A DNA stretch of 64,000 bases from a virus: positions 11,175 through 75,174 of IMG/VR virus record IMGVR_UViG_3300031669_000016. One strand, written 5' to 3'. Both the position numbers and the translations under genes were made by a program. The notes beneath the pieces are model-generated. The model worked only from the letters and a program-made list of their open reading frames with translations, ran no database searches and was not told where the DNA came from. Shown here one piece after another: positions 37,393-46,676 of the stretch. Every line of letters begins with the position of its first letter. Position 1 is the first letter of the stretch.

Positions 37393-39942
37393 TCAATTCA
37401 GTGCCGTTTCTTTGGCCAAATACTCACCCAGCGCTTTCAAATCCGGTTCGCCCTTCCAACGCTTCGAAACCTTGATCTCGGCAGGGAAGGGAACGCTGCG
37501 GCCGCTTGCGGTTGCATAGTCCTGGTGGAGTATAGCGGGCAGCTCCGCGGCGATGCCCTCGGCGTGCTCTTCGGCAACCTCTAGCAAAATCGAATCGTGA
37601 ACGGTGTTTACGATGAAGACTTTGCCACCCAACGTGAGCTGTCGGTCAGCCAACCAATCCGCTAACTGAAGCATACCGGTGTAGCAGACGTCGGCTCCGC
37701 CAGCTTGAACCGGTGCGTTGACACCTTGCCGTTCCGCTTCTTGTCGTATCCCCGCCACGGCATGTTTGATGGCGGGGAGTCGTCGTCGCCGACCGGTATA
37801 GCTACGCACATAACCATGCTTCCGACAGAACTCGACGGTGCCGTGGATCCACTTCATACCAACAACGAAACGGCCCTCTATGGCTTGAATGAACTCGATC
37901 GCTGCCTGCTCCGAGACACCTAGCCGCGCCGCAACCGTTGCTGGACTCGCCCTATAGATCGCGGCAAACGTAGAGTGCTTCGCCTTTGTCCGTTCATTTG
38001 GATAGTCCGCCTTGATCTGCTCATCACTAAGCGATGCCAGATCAGGGCGAGTCTCCCGCAGCATCATGCAATGCACATCATCGGCCTGGACCACACGCAC
38101 CAGCACGTCATCATCACTTAGGAGCGCCCACATCCGCACCTCGGTCTGGGAGAAATCGGCTTCGATGAAAACAAAGCCTGGTCTAGCAATGAAGATGGGG
38201 CACATTATGGCGGGTATGTTCTGTAGGGCGGGCCGTGTGCTCGACAATCTACCCGTAACGGTACCGCCCTCTTCTTTCTCCATCTCATCAATCGCGGGAC
38301 ACTGCAAGAAGTGGGTATGGACCGTGTTCTCCGCGTCCATCTCGCTTAGGGTGCCGTCGATGTTGGTACCGCGGAACTTGCGCACTTTGCGGACGTAAAG
38401 AATGGCCTGCAACCAGCCCACCAGAGCGGTATCACTGGTTTGGCTCGCGATGACACGAAGGTTGGGTTCACCCACAGAAACCTTACCTGTCGGGGTCGTG
38501 TCCAATCCGTGATAGGCCGGAATCGCCCATGTCTCAAATAGGAGTTCTCGAATCTGGGCCGTTGAGTGCGGATTGAAGTCGGCACCGAACCGCTCACGAA
38601 ACGTGTCGACATAACGGTCTTCGGCCCGGACCAGTGCGGCACGGTACTCATTGGCGAGGACTACATCAATCAGCATGCCGCGCATCTCGGCCGCGGCCAG
38701 ATGCGGAATGAGTCGAATGCTGATGTCTCGATACACCGACTCTAAGCCTTGCTCTACAAGTTCGGGGGTGAAACGCTCATGGAGCCGTAAGGTGGCCTCG
38801 GCGTCGTGCGCGGCGTACTGGGCCAGATCAGTTGTTGGGATCCAGCGCAGTGCCTTATCGACTGGAATCGGAGACCAATGCTTCGTTTCCAATTCACCAC
38901 GCGGTACCTTTTCGAACGCTTTGGCCTGCATCTCCGCTTCCCAATCAGGCGCGTTCAAGTACTGACCCGCTAATGGTTTGAGGCCATGACCACTATTCTC
39001 ATCCAGTAGGTAGTGCTGGATCATGGTATCGTCGGACCATGTCAGCACTTCGTCGCGGCGGAAGGTGGTGTAGAGGAACTCGGCATCGAACTTGGCGTTG
39101 TGCCCGATCATACCGGCGCGACTGAACAGTCGGGCCAACGCATCACCCATCTGATCCAGACAGGCCTGTGCTTCTCCTCGCTCCCAATAGGCTCGATAGA
39201 TACGTGCCCAATCGATGATGACGGGATGATGCTTAGAGTTGACCGCGATGAGCGTGATCTGGTTCTGGCGCGGATCCAAACCCGTGGTTTCGACGTCGAG
39301 TACACAGGGACCGGCCCCGATGTTATCAAGTGCGGCAACAGCCCCTTCTAAGCTGTCAAGCAACTCGAAGTCGGTATCCATTGTGGGTACGTTGCCATCA
39401 AGCAAAGCGCGGAAGCGTCGGAACGCCGCCTTCATCGGCTCTAACGTGTTGATGTCGTGCAGGGTCGCCGCGGGATGGTAGGTAACGCCAGCCCAGCAAT
39501 CAAGATCGGGGTGGCGTAGAACAGCGCCGTTGAGTGATTTGATGCCCCGCGACTTCTGTGTCGTCTGGGCCAACGGTCGGATCGCCGCCCAGGCCACGTT
39601 ACCTAATGCTACGACCAGCTTTCGTGGATGCTGGTGGAGCAGGGGTATGAGCCGTAGCGACGAACAGGTTCCTGCCTCGGCACGGCTCGGCGCGCGGTTG
39701 TTGGGTGGGCGGCAGCACACCACGTTGCAGTATAAGATGTCGGGCCGGTCAGTGCCGAACACTTCTTGGACTACATGCTCTAACTGCGCGCCGGCTGGTC
39801 CTACAAAGGGGATGCCGCTCTTATCCTCTTCCCCGCCCGGTGCCATACCGACCAGAACGAGGGGGGCGGCGGGGTTACCCTTCGAGCCGACGATGCAGCT
39901 GGCGTCTTCGTGGAGAGAACATGCGGTACATTCCGTCTGCAT
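37393..39942 (-). CDS. polA: Family A DNA polymerase with N-terminal family-4 uracil-DNA glycosylase domain and 3'-5' exonuclease
   Basis: UDG: CTAC, GMAPG.EED, CRPP.NR, YHPAA. Exonuclease: DVETTGL, HNAKFD, YAAHDA. Polymerase: TGRLSS, DFSQTEVR, RTKAKHSTF, VHDS. Confidence 0.95.
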   Translation of the reverse strand: MQTECTACSLHEDASCIVGSKGNPAAPLVLVGMAPGGEEDKSGIPFVGPAGAQLEHVVQEVFGTDRPDILYCNVVCCRPPNNRAPSRAEAGTCSSLRLIPLLHQHPRKLVVALGNVAWAAIRPLAQTTQKSRGIKSLNGAVLRHPDLDCWAGVTYHPAATLHDINTLEPMKAAFRRFRALLDGNVPTMDTDFELLDSLEGAVAALDNIGAGPCVLDVETTGLDPRQNQITLIAVNSKHHPVIIDWARIYRAYWERGEAQACLDQMGDALARLFSRAGMIGHNAKFDAEFLYTTFRRDEVLTWSDDTMIQHYLLDENSGHGLKPLAGQYLNAPDWEAEMQAKAFEKVPRGELETKHWSPIPVDKALRWIPTTDLAQYAAHDAEATLRLHERFTPELVEQGLESVYRDISIRLIPHLAAAEMRGMLIDVVLANEYRAALVRAEDRYVDTFRERFGADFNPHSTAQIRELLFETWAIPAYHGLDTTPTGKVSVGEPNLRVIASQTSDTALVGWLQAILYVRKVRKFRGTNIDGTLSEMDAENTVHTHFLQCPAIDEMEKEEGGTVTGRLSSTRPALQNIPAIMCPIFIARPGFVFIEADFSQTEVRMWALLSDDDVLVRVVQADDVHCMMLRETRPDLASLSDEQIKADYPNERTKAKHSTFAAIYRASPATVAARLGVSEQAAIEFIQAIEGRFVVGMKWIHGTVEFCRKHGYVRSYTGRRRRLPAIKHAVAGIRQEAERQGVNAPVQAGGADVCYTGMLQLADWLADRQLTLGGKVFIVNTVHDSILLEVAEEHAEGIAAELPAILHQDYATASGRSVPFPAEIKVSKRWKGEPDLKALGEYLAKETALN

Positions 39943-40022
39943 TATGATACGGGGTCGGGCCTTAGCGAGTCAGTCCATGCCTCTATTGAGGCGTCGCCGC
40001 GGCTATGCCCGACCCCGCGTGT

Positions 40023-41006
40023 TCAACCCTCCCCGACCAACGATTCGATACGGGATATGCGTTCGTGCAGTTCGGCCAGGATCTGTCCGAATCCGCTGCT
40101 GATTTCGAGACAGTTCACCTCCCGCTCCGTACCAGTAATGTCATGGACCGCGGCGGTGTAGCCGGTTGTACCGGCCCGAGCGGCCTGTCCGTCATCAGGC
40201 GAGGGGGGTATCGCCTGAGATGTGGCCGCTGGCGGCGGTGTCACAGGAGCTGGCGGGAGCGGCTCCACTGCCTCTGGGGCTGACACTGCCTCTGGCACTA
40301 CCGACTGAGCTGCTGACGCAGCCTCCGGGTCCACCGACTCTGGTGTAGGAATCGGAGCGGGAGGTGGCGGTTGCGACGCGCCGGGAGGCGCTTGTGACAC
40401 GCAGGGATGCGCTTGCGACGCGCCGGGAGGCGCTTGCGGCTCGATAGGAGCAGACGGCGGCGCTTCCGATGCAACAACGGTTGGAGCTGGGGCAGCAGGC
40501 TTCTCGATCCCACTTACTACGCGATAGAGATCCCAGCAGCCCTTGCAGTCCCTGCGTGGCTTGCGCAAGCCGCGATAGCGCGGATGCTTCTCACACTTAG
40601 CGGGTCCGGCAGGCACCGCTTCTTCTGGTTCAGATGCCTCAACCACAGGTCCCGCTGTCGGTGCGAGCGGTGCGTCCGGTGCGTCATCACGCACGATGAG
40701 TTCGCTGTGCGGATCCTTGGCAGGATCGAACCAGGCGGGTGGATCCAGTAGCGTGATCTGGTACTCGCCTCCGTCCCGCGACTGGCGCGGGATCGAAGTG
40801 ATAAAGTGGATCTTACCCACATCCCCCTCGGTCGGGTCCGAATCGTAGACCGCGATCTTGGGCTGCCACCTGTCAACATCGGGCGCGGTCTTGGGAACGC
40901 TGGGATTGAGGACATATTCGAGCATGCGGCAAATCATCCCGGTGGGCAGTTCGAACCAGACACCCGGCGGGCAGTCCCTGCGAGTCCACGTCCTTACAAT
41001 CTTCAT
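40023..41006 (-). CDS. Pro/Ala-rich hypothetical protein with its own start, in frame with the methylase
   Basis: ATG 41006 follows GGGGTGA; promoter at 41032-41060. Confidence 0.6.
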   Translation of the reverse strand: MKIVRTWTRRDCPPGVWFELPTGMICRMLEYVLNPSVPKTAPDVDRWQPKIAVYDSDPTEGDVGKIHFITSIPRQSRDGGEYQITLLDPPAWFDPAKDPHSELIVRDDAPDAPLAPTAGPVVEASEPEEAVPAGPAKCEKHPRYRGLRKPRRDCKGCWDLYRVVSGIEKPAAPAPTVVASEAPPSAPIEPQAPPGASQAHPCVSQAPPGASQPPPPAPIPTPESVDPEAASAAQSVVPEAVSAPEAVEPLPPAPVTPPPAATSQAIPPSPDDGQAARAGTTGYTAAVHDITGTEREVNCLEISSGFGQILAELHERISRIESLVGEG

Positions 41007-42617
41007 CTCGGAATCACCCCGTTCTATGAGTAGTTTACCACAACCTACGGTAGGTGTCAAGACCTTGTGGTTAGCGATGTAGAGTCCTACGGTTGTGCCG
41101 AGCCGTTCCTCGATCATGCCGACATACTTCTCTGACAGTTCGATGCCTATAAACGAGCGGTGGAGGTTGCGTGCCGTCTGCATCGTCGTACCCGAACCGG
41201 CGAAGGGATCGAGAACCACACCTGGGATCGTCTCAGCATTGCAGTGGCAGGTCGGCCGCATCGGAAGGGAACGGTACAGATTCTGCAAGCTCTGCTGAGT
41301 ATTGTACGGCGAGCCGTCAGCGTTGGTTTTGGACCAACGCCGCTGGAACCGCCCGACGAGTTCGCGTTGTCGAAGCCAGGGCGCGCCGCATTGAGCACAC
41401 ACCTTCTCGGACGAACCGGCGAGGATTGGGGGTGTGATAAGCTCGGGGGGAAATACTGCGAAATGAGCGCCTTTATAAGGCCTCGTTGCGATGTGCCAGA
41501 CCGAACGTTTGTTGCGACCACCAGGGGCCGACCTAGCAAAGTTCTCCAGGGCCTTCCGCGCCGAACGGTTTGGATTCGTGCCGTGAGCGTAATCCTTGGG
41601 GCCGCCGGTCTGCTGATCAAAGGTTGGCTGTTGGATACATCCGATGCTTGACTCTGCAAGTGGCTCTTTGATCGCGTCGTAATCGTAGTAGTAGTCATGC
41701 GCTTGATACAGGTTCTTTCGACGCCACAACTTCTTTGCTAAGGTCTCCGATACGGGACAGTACGAGCAGACCTCACCGGTCAAGCGGTGGACCCAGACAT
41801 AGTCTGGTTCGGGGCGGGTTCGAGAGCCGCGCTTACGTGGATGGCTCCAAAACGTCGTCGATCCCGACTTCGCGAGCTGAAAAACGAACTCGTGAGATCG
41901 GGTAGTGCGATCAGTGGTGCTGTCGGGCATCGGATTTTTTTTGTCCCACACATTGTCTTGGCGCAGCCACCAACCATCGTCGCGTAGTGCAAACGCAACC
42001 ATGTGGGGCAGACCGATCAGATCCTTGGGTTTGTAGCGAGTAGTACTGGTCGGCTGCATAGCTGGCACACCATTCCGCGCCGCCGACTTCGAGAGTCCGG
42101 GGTTGCGGTGATGCGGCTTATGTGCACCGCCGCTTGCCCAGTAAGCATCGCCCATGTTGATCCAAACCGTGCCGTCGGGCCGTAGCACCCGCCAGACTTC
42201 ACGGAAGATCTCGACGAGATGGGCAACATACAACTCTGGTGTGGGTTCCAATCCCAACGACCCCAGCCAGGCTCCGCAGTTGGCACAGAACGCGCTTCCA
42301 GTCTGGCGGTCGTGGTAGTCCACACTGAACGAGCCGGGGTGTGTCAACTGCTTCGCCGAGGGTCCTCCTGACTGGTTGGGTCGTGCCGTCCGTTCCGTTA
42401 TCCATTGATGATCGCACAGTTCTCCGTCGTGCTGGGATGGATCATCCTCATCCCACACAATGGGTGGCAAGCCGTAGTCGCGGTGGGGCCAGTACGGTGG
42501 TGAGGTCATAACCATATGGACCGATTCGGGCGGCATGAGCCACAGCGCGTCGATGACGTGTCCACAGCAAACCTTGTCAACCCACAAACGAATCAGTTCG
42601 GCATACATCGAGAACAC
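40023..42617 (-). CDS. Beta-class N4-C/N6-A DNA methyltransferase, reading through into the downstream ORF
   Basis: TSPPY, RVLRPDG, HFAVFP, DPFAGSGTT and GIEL motifs. Confidence 0.88.
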   Translation of the reverse strand: MFSMYAELIRLWVDKVCCGHVIDALWLMPPESVHMVMTSPPYWPHRDYGLPPIVWDEDDPSQHDGELCDHQWITERTARPNQSGGPSAKQLTHPGSFSVDYHDRQTGSAFCANCGAWLGSLGLEPTPELYVAHLVEIFREVWRVLRPDGTVWINMGDAYWASGGAHKPHHRNPGLSKSAARNGVPAMQPTSTTRYKPKDLIGLPHMVAFALRDDGWWLRQDNVWDKKNPMPDSTTDRTTRSHEFVFQLAKSGSTTFWSHPRKRGSRTRPEPDYVWVHRLTGEVCSYCPVSETLAKKLWRRKNLYQAHDYYYDYDAIKEPLAESSIGCIQQPTFDQQTGGPKDYAHGTNPNRSARKALENFARSAPGGRNKRSVWHIATRPYKGAHFAVFPPELITPPILAGSSEKVCAQCGAPWLRQRELVGRFQRRWSKTNADGSPYNTQQSLQNLYRSLPMRPTCHCNAETIPGVVLDPFAGSGTTMQTARNLHRSFIGIELSEKYVGMIEERLGTTVGLYIANHKVLTPTVGCGKLLIERGDSEMKIVRTWTRRDCPPGVWFELPTGMICRMLEYVLNPSVPKTAPDVDRWQPKIAVYDSDPTEGDVGKIHFITSIPRQSRDGGEYQITLLDPPAWFDPAKDPHSELIVRDDAPDAPLAPTAGPVVEASEPEEAVPAGPAKCEKHPRYRGLRKPRRDCKGCWDLYRVVSGIEKPAAPAPTVVASEAPPSAPIEPQAPPGASQAHPCVSQAPPGASQPPPPAPIPTPESVDPEAASAAQSVVPEAVSAPEAVEPLPPAPVTPPPAATSQAIPPSPDDGQAARAGTTGYTAAVHDITGTEREVNCLEISSGFGQILAELHERISRIESLVGEG
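41032..41060 (-). promoter_or_regulatory. Sigma70 promoter inside the ORF
   Basis: TTGACA-17bp-TAAACT with extended TG. Confidence 0.75.
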
Positions 42618-43129
42618 AAGGCTTCGAAGAGCCCTGCCAACCCTCCTATGTCGCCACGATGCAAGCAGTCATCGGCACGTGCACCCATATCCCGCCATGT
42701 CTCCCACACCATCGATGTGCCTACCCGACGCAACTGCGCGTTGACTCGACCGTAGAGCAGTAAGAGCTTATCGCTATCACTCTCCGTCGTTCTGGGATCA
42801 CCCAGACGCGCCAACGCAACCTCGGTTGCGGAGCGCCCATCAAGCAATGCGATCTCGGCCTCTAATAGCGGAATGCTCCGTGCCTTCGAGAGCAGATAGG
42901 CCGCGCTTCCGCCCTCGTTGCATCCGTAACAGTAGAAGCCGCGCTCGACGCCGTTGCGCACAAAGACGAAGAAGCTGGGGTGGGTATCGACGTGAAGGGG
43001 ACACAGACCGCACCAGCCTTGTGGAACGCGATCTAGGTCTATCCCCAACCAGCGCGCAACCGAGTAGGTTGGATAGCGTTGATCCAACGGCTGGACCCGA
43101 ATCGTCGAAGTCGTCGCGATCCCTCTCAT
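42593..43129 (-). CDS. CHC2 zinc-finger protein (primase zinc-binding domain)
   Basis: CPLHVDTHPSF...FYCYGCNEGG. Confidence 0.85.
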   Translation of the reverse strand: MRGIATTSTIRVQPLDQRYPTYSVARWLGIDLDRVPQGWCGLCPLHVDTHPSFFVFVRNGVERGFYCYGCNEGGSAAYLLSKARSIPLLEAEIALLDGRSATEVALARLGDPRTTESDSDKLLLLYGRVNAQLRRVGTSMVWETWRDMGARADDCLHRGDIGGLAGLFEALCSRCMPN

Positions 43130-44520
43130 TGCCCCACATCTCCCCGCTTGCGTTGGCTCCCCTCGAAGTGGTTATCCCAGACCCCACCAAGCAAGGGAAT
43201 GGTCCAATCGCATTCCGTACTAAAGCTCCAGCCCGACTCACCCGCGTTACGGTTCTTCATCACATCAAAGACAAGCCGCCGCCGATTGGTCTTGTCTCGA
43301 CGGATCCGCAGAAAGACATCACACACATTGGCGATCCCCTCGGACTGTGCCGACAACTCACCGGCGTCGGCATCGTCGCCGCGCTGCAATCCGTAGCGGC
43401 TCATTTGTGTGGCCGAAACAACGGGACACTCCAGCTCTTGGCCGAGCCGTTGCATCTCTAACACAACTTCGTGTTTGTCGATCCAGGTCTCGCGCCGCCC
43501 CGCCGTGATCTCGTTGATATAATCCACAACGATGAGTCCGACCTGCCCACGCTGCGCCAAGGTCCGGCACTCGCTTTTCAGACGCGCCACCGTTTCGCAC
43601 CGCATCGGTGGGATAACATAGAGATTGCCTGGTAACTGGGAGAAGTAGTCGAACCATAAGCGAAGATTCTGTAAGTGCCGCGGATCGAAGTCGCCCCACC
43701 GGAGTTGGGAGGCTTTATAGAAACCGGTAAGCATCGCCTCCATTCGATCCATGATTGGATTGAAGTCGGCGGACCAGCCCATCTCAGCACTGGCATAGAT
43801 CACATTGCAGCCGCGCACAAACGCGGTCTTGGCAACATGTTGCATCGCCACGCTCTTGCCCACCGAGGTTCGACCGGCAAAGACCAGCAACTCGCCGGGC
43901 AGGAGTCCACGGGTCTGCTGATCAAGAGGTACCAGGCCGGTGTAGTGACCCGTTATGCTCGAACCTAGCGCGGTGAAGCGTTCGTGTCTGCGAAGCCGTT
44001 CGCTGGCCTGCGCGCGGAAGTCCCAGACCGCCTGGGCCGACTGGGTCTGTTCGGCCAGATCGGTGAGTTCCATCGCGATTTTACGTACCGCTTCGCGCGG
44101 CTCACGCTCGATCTCGTCGCGCCGTCGCAGAATCGAATCGATGGAACGCCACGTCAACTGGAAGTCGCGGAGCTGCTCGATAAGATAGCGGAGGTGGGCT
44201 TCACTGCGAGGACTGACCGAACGGGCACGGTCGGAGGCTTGGAGATACTGGATTTGTTGCTGGCCCGTTACCCCGCGCTTCGCCAGTTCAGAGGCGAGGA
44301 TGTCGGGGGTGGCGTAGCGTCCGGTGCGGATGAAGTGGTTGAGGCAGATGTCGAAGACGAGGCCCACCCAAGTCGCGGTGAACCCGGTGCTGTGGTCATA
44401 ATCTTCGAGCAGGCGCGGCGTCACCCGTTCCGTGACCAGCACGGAGGCGAATGAGGGTAAGAGCGCGCCGTCGAAGTCTAGGATGTAGGCAAGGACCTGC
44501 CAACGTGCCGCCAGCTCCAC
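43126..44520 (-). CDS. dnaB: DnaB-like replicative helicase
   Basis: AGRTSVGKS, SAEM, VDYI, ATQMSR and KNRNA motifs. Confidence 0.9.
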   Translation of the reverse strand: MELAARWQVLAYILDFDGALLPSFASVLVTERVTPRLLEDYDHSTGFTATWVGLVFDICLNHFIRTGRYATPDILASELAKRGVTGQQQIQYLQASDRARSVSPRSEAHLRYLIEQLRDFQLTWRSIDSILRRRDEIEREPREAVRKIAMELTDLAEQTQSAQAVWDFRAQASERLRRHERFTALGSSITGHYTGLVPLDQQTRGLLPGELLVFAGRTSVGKSVAMQHVAKTAFVRGCNVIYASAEMGWSADFNPIMDRMEAMLTGFYKASQLRWGDFDPRHLQNLRLWFDYFSQLPGNLYVIPPMRCETVARLKSECRTLAQRGQVGLIVVDYINEITAGRRETWIDKHEVVLEMQRLGQELECPVVSATQMSRYGLQRGDDADAGELSAQSEGIANVCDVFLRIRRDKTNRRRLVFDVMKNRNAGESGWSFSTECDWTIPLLGGVWDNHFEGSQRKRGDVGQ

Positions 44521-44583
44521 CTAGATAATACACCACCCCTGATGAGATCACGGAAACAAGATGTTGTAGACCTTATCCACCAA

Positions 44584-45147
44584 TTACTGCGGTGCAGCCG
44601 ACCAGTCATAACCCCGGACCTGATGCCTCCGCTGCTCCGCCGCGGGTCCGAGGAATGCTTTGACTTTGGCGAGATCATCCAGGCCCTTTCGAGGGGACAG
44701 TACACCCGTATACGTCGGAGGACTGGTCTCTTCGTTGATACGCACGAGGAAGTATTCCATTGATTCCACCAAATCCCACGCCACCCTCCGCAGTTCGCTG
44801 TAGTCTTCCGCAAGGGAACTGGCATCATCGAGGGTAGCGGGGACCCCACTATCCCCACTATCAGCCGTCTCTCGGGGCGTAGCGGTGGGATAGGCCTTCT
44901 CGGTGTAGTAGACCTTGCCATCCGCACCGATGTGGGCGTCGTAGTGCTCCAGCATGGGGTCACTACAAGCTTCCGCTATGCCGCTACCAGCTTTGTGGGC
45001 CTGCAAGCACCAGAAGTCACGACAGAGGCGGAGAGTCGAATCCAACCACTCATTGTATGGCATGTCGGGCGGACGTTTTCCGACATCATGTTCGTGGCAG
45101 TGTGGGCATTGCATCAGAACACCATCCTTTGCAAGGTCTATACCCAT
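44584..45147 (-). CDS. Hypothetical protein
   Basis: ORF with a CPHC motif. Confidence 0.5.
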   Translation of the reverse strand: MGIDLAKDGVLMQCPHCHEHDVGKRPPDMPYNEWLDSTLRLCRDFWCLQAHKAGSGIAEACSDPMLEHYDAHIGADGKVYYTEKAYPTATPRETADSGDSGVPATLDDASSLAEDYSELRRVAWDLVESMEYFLVRINEETSPPTYTGVLSPRKGLDDLAKVKAFLGPAAEQRRHQVRGYDWSAAPQ

Positions 45148-45159
45148 TCTACACCAAAG

Positions 45160-46242
45160 CTACGGTTGTGTCCAGCCCGTTTCGTAGCGTAGGTGGTAGC
45201 GCGGCACGGACAGGACGGCGTGGAGTATGGTCCGCTCCATGGGATCACGCACCAAGTACTCGCCCTGATCGGGATCGAAGTCGAGCAAAAACCAGGGGAT
45301 GCCACCCTCGGCCAGGAACTGCTCGATGGCGGCGAGTACCATCCGCAAGGTGACCACACTTTTCACATCGGTACCGTAGTGCGGTAGGACGAGGGCGTGA
45401 ACCGCGTCGATGTGTTCGAGTGCTGTTGCCAGTGGTGAGTCGTCCCAGTCCTGGTGGGGCCGGCCGACAAGAGCCGGCATGTTCACCATCCCAACCGAGA
45501 AGCCTGATGCCCGAATCAAGATGCCCAGCCAGTGTGCCAATTCGATCGGGTTGATGATTGAGGTAGTGATCTCGTTACCGTCTAACCTCCAGCACCAGGC
45601 CTCGCGTGCGCGCGCGTGCGCGCTAGGTTCCTCCTCCCCAGTAATACTATCTAGATAAGAATCAGTGATGGACCCCCGTAGGGGGTCCAGCGTTGTCGGG
45701 TCCAAAACAGGGTCTAAAGAGGGGGTTTCGTCAAGGCCAGTCTTGACATTCACGGCCACGTTAGCGATAAGGCACCCTCCACTAACGCGTTGCGGTGCGG
45801 GTAGTACTATGGCTCCACCCTGTCTTATCCTATCCGCATCGAACCCCGCGTCGAGGATACTTGACAAATCTCTGGATCGTACTCCTGTCGTTATCTGCTC
45901 GTAATACGGGCCGGACAGGAGGCGGTCAACAATAGTGTGCGAGAAACCCGTATTTGTCAAGTCGAGCAGTTGGCTTTCGAGTGTCTGGGCCTGTGGACAT
46001 ACCTCAGTACCGAGAGTGATGTTACCGTATGTTAGTGATGCGTATTTGTCAAGTACCATACGGACACCGTTACAGTCCTTAGTGTCCCCCTTTTCTGTCT
46101 CACACCGCTGGCATCGCAGTGCTTGGGCCTGTAACTGCTCGACCAGTATCTCACCCCTGCCGTAAACGGCGGGACTGGTCAGTGCTGTGTCCTGCAAGTC
46201 CGGGTATTGCGCGTAGAACCATGCGTAGAGCGACTCCTGCAT
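45160..46242 (-). CDS. Possible degenerate DnaC/IstB-like loader or replication protein
   Basis: N-terminal CxxC...C...C; located next to DnaB; no recognisable Walker A. Confidence 0.35.
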   Translation of the reverse strand: MQESLYAWFYAQYPDLQDTALTSPAVYGRGEILVEQLQAQALRCQRCETEKGDTKDCNGVRMVLDKYASLTYGNITLGTEVCPQAQTLESQLLDLTNTGFSHTIVDRLLSGPYYEQITTGVRSRDLSSILDAGFDADRIRQGGAIVLPAPQRVSGGCLIANVAVNVKTGLDETPSLDPVLDPTTLDPLRGSITDSYLDSITGEEEPSAHARAREAWCWRLDGNEITTSIINPIELAHWLGILIRASGFSVGMVNMPALVGRPHQDWDDSPLATALEHIDAVHALVLPHYGTDVKSVVTLRMVLAAIEQFLAEGGIPWFLLDFDPDQGEYLVRDPMERTILHAVLSVPRYHLRYETGWTQP

Positions 46243-46257
46243 TACCTTTCGCCTCTT

Positions 46258-46674
46258 TCATTCCGCTTCCCATGGTGCGGGGAAGCTGCTGGTGTGTGGA
46301 TGGAACTGTGCAGAGATCTCGACGATACTGGCGTGTCCTAGGACATAACTGAAGCGTTGCCGCCAACCCAAATACTGCGGCACTGCCCGATGCAACACGG
46401 CGAGGTGGACGGTTTCCTGTTCTGTTACCTCCCATGAGTACCAGGACCAGAACCACTCGATGTAGCCGCGTACCCAGTCATTGTCGACTCGATGGGCGTC
46501 GCGCAGGCGCTGAACCGCTCGTGCCGCCGCGATGAACCAGGCACGCTCGCCCTGCGCCTTCTTCGCCGTTGGGTGCTGTGTGGGATGGAGTCGTTGCCAG
46601 CGCCAGCCGTAGCAACGTCGCCAGTACCCGGCGAGGCTGGACTGACCGCGGCGTTGTGGTCGGTAGGTAAGCAC
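46258..46674 (-). CDS. Hypothetical Trp-rich protein
   Basis: GTG start after AAGGAG. Confidence 0.5.
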   Translation of the reverse strand: MLTYRPQRRGQSSLAGYWRRCYGWRWQRLHPTQHPTAKKAQGERAWFIAAARAVQRLRDAHRVDNDWVRGYIEWFWSWYSWEVTEQETVHLAVLHRAVPQYLGWRQRFSYVLGHASIVEISAQFHPHTSSFPAPWEAE

Positions 46675-46676
46675 AT

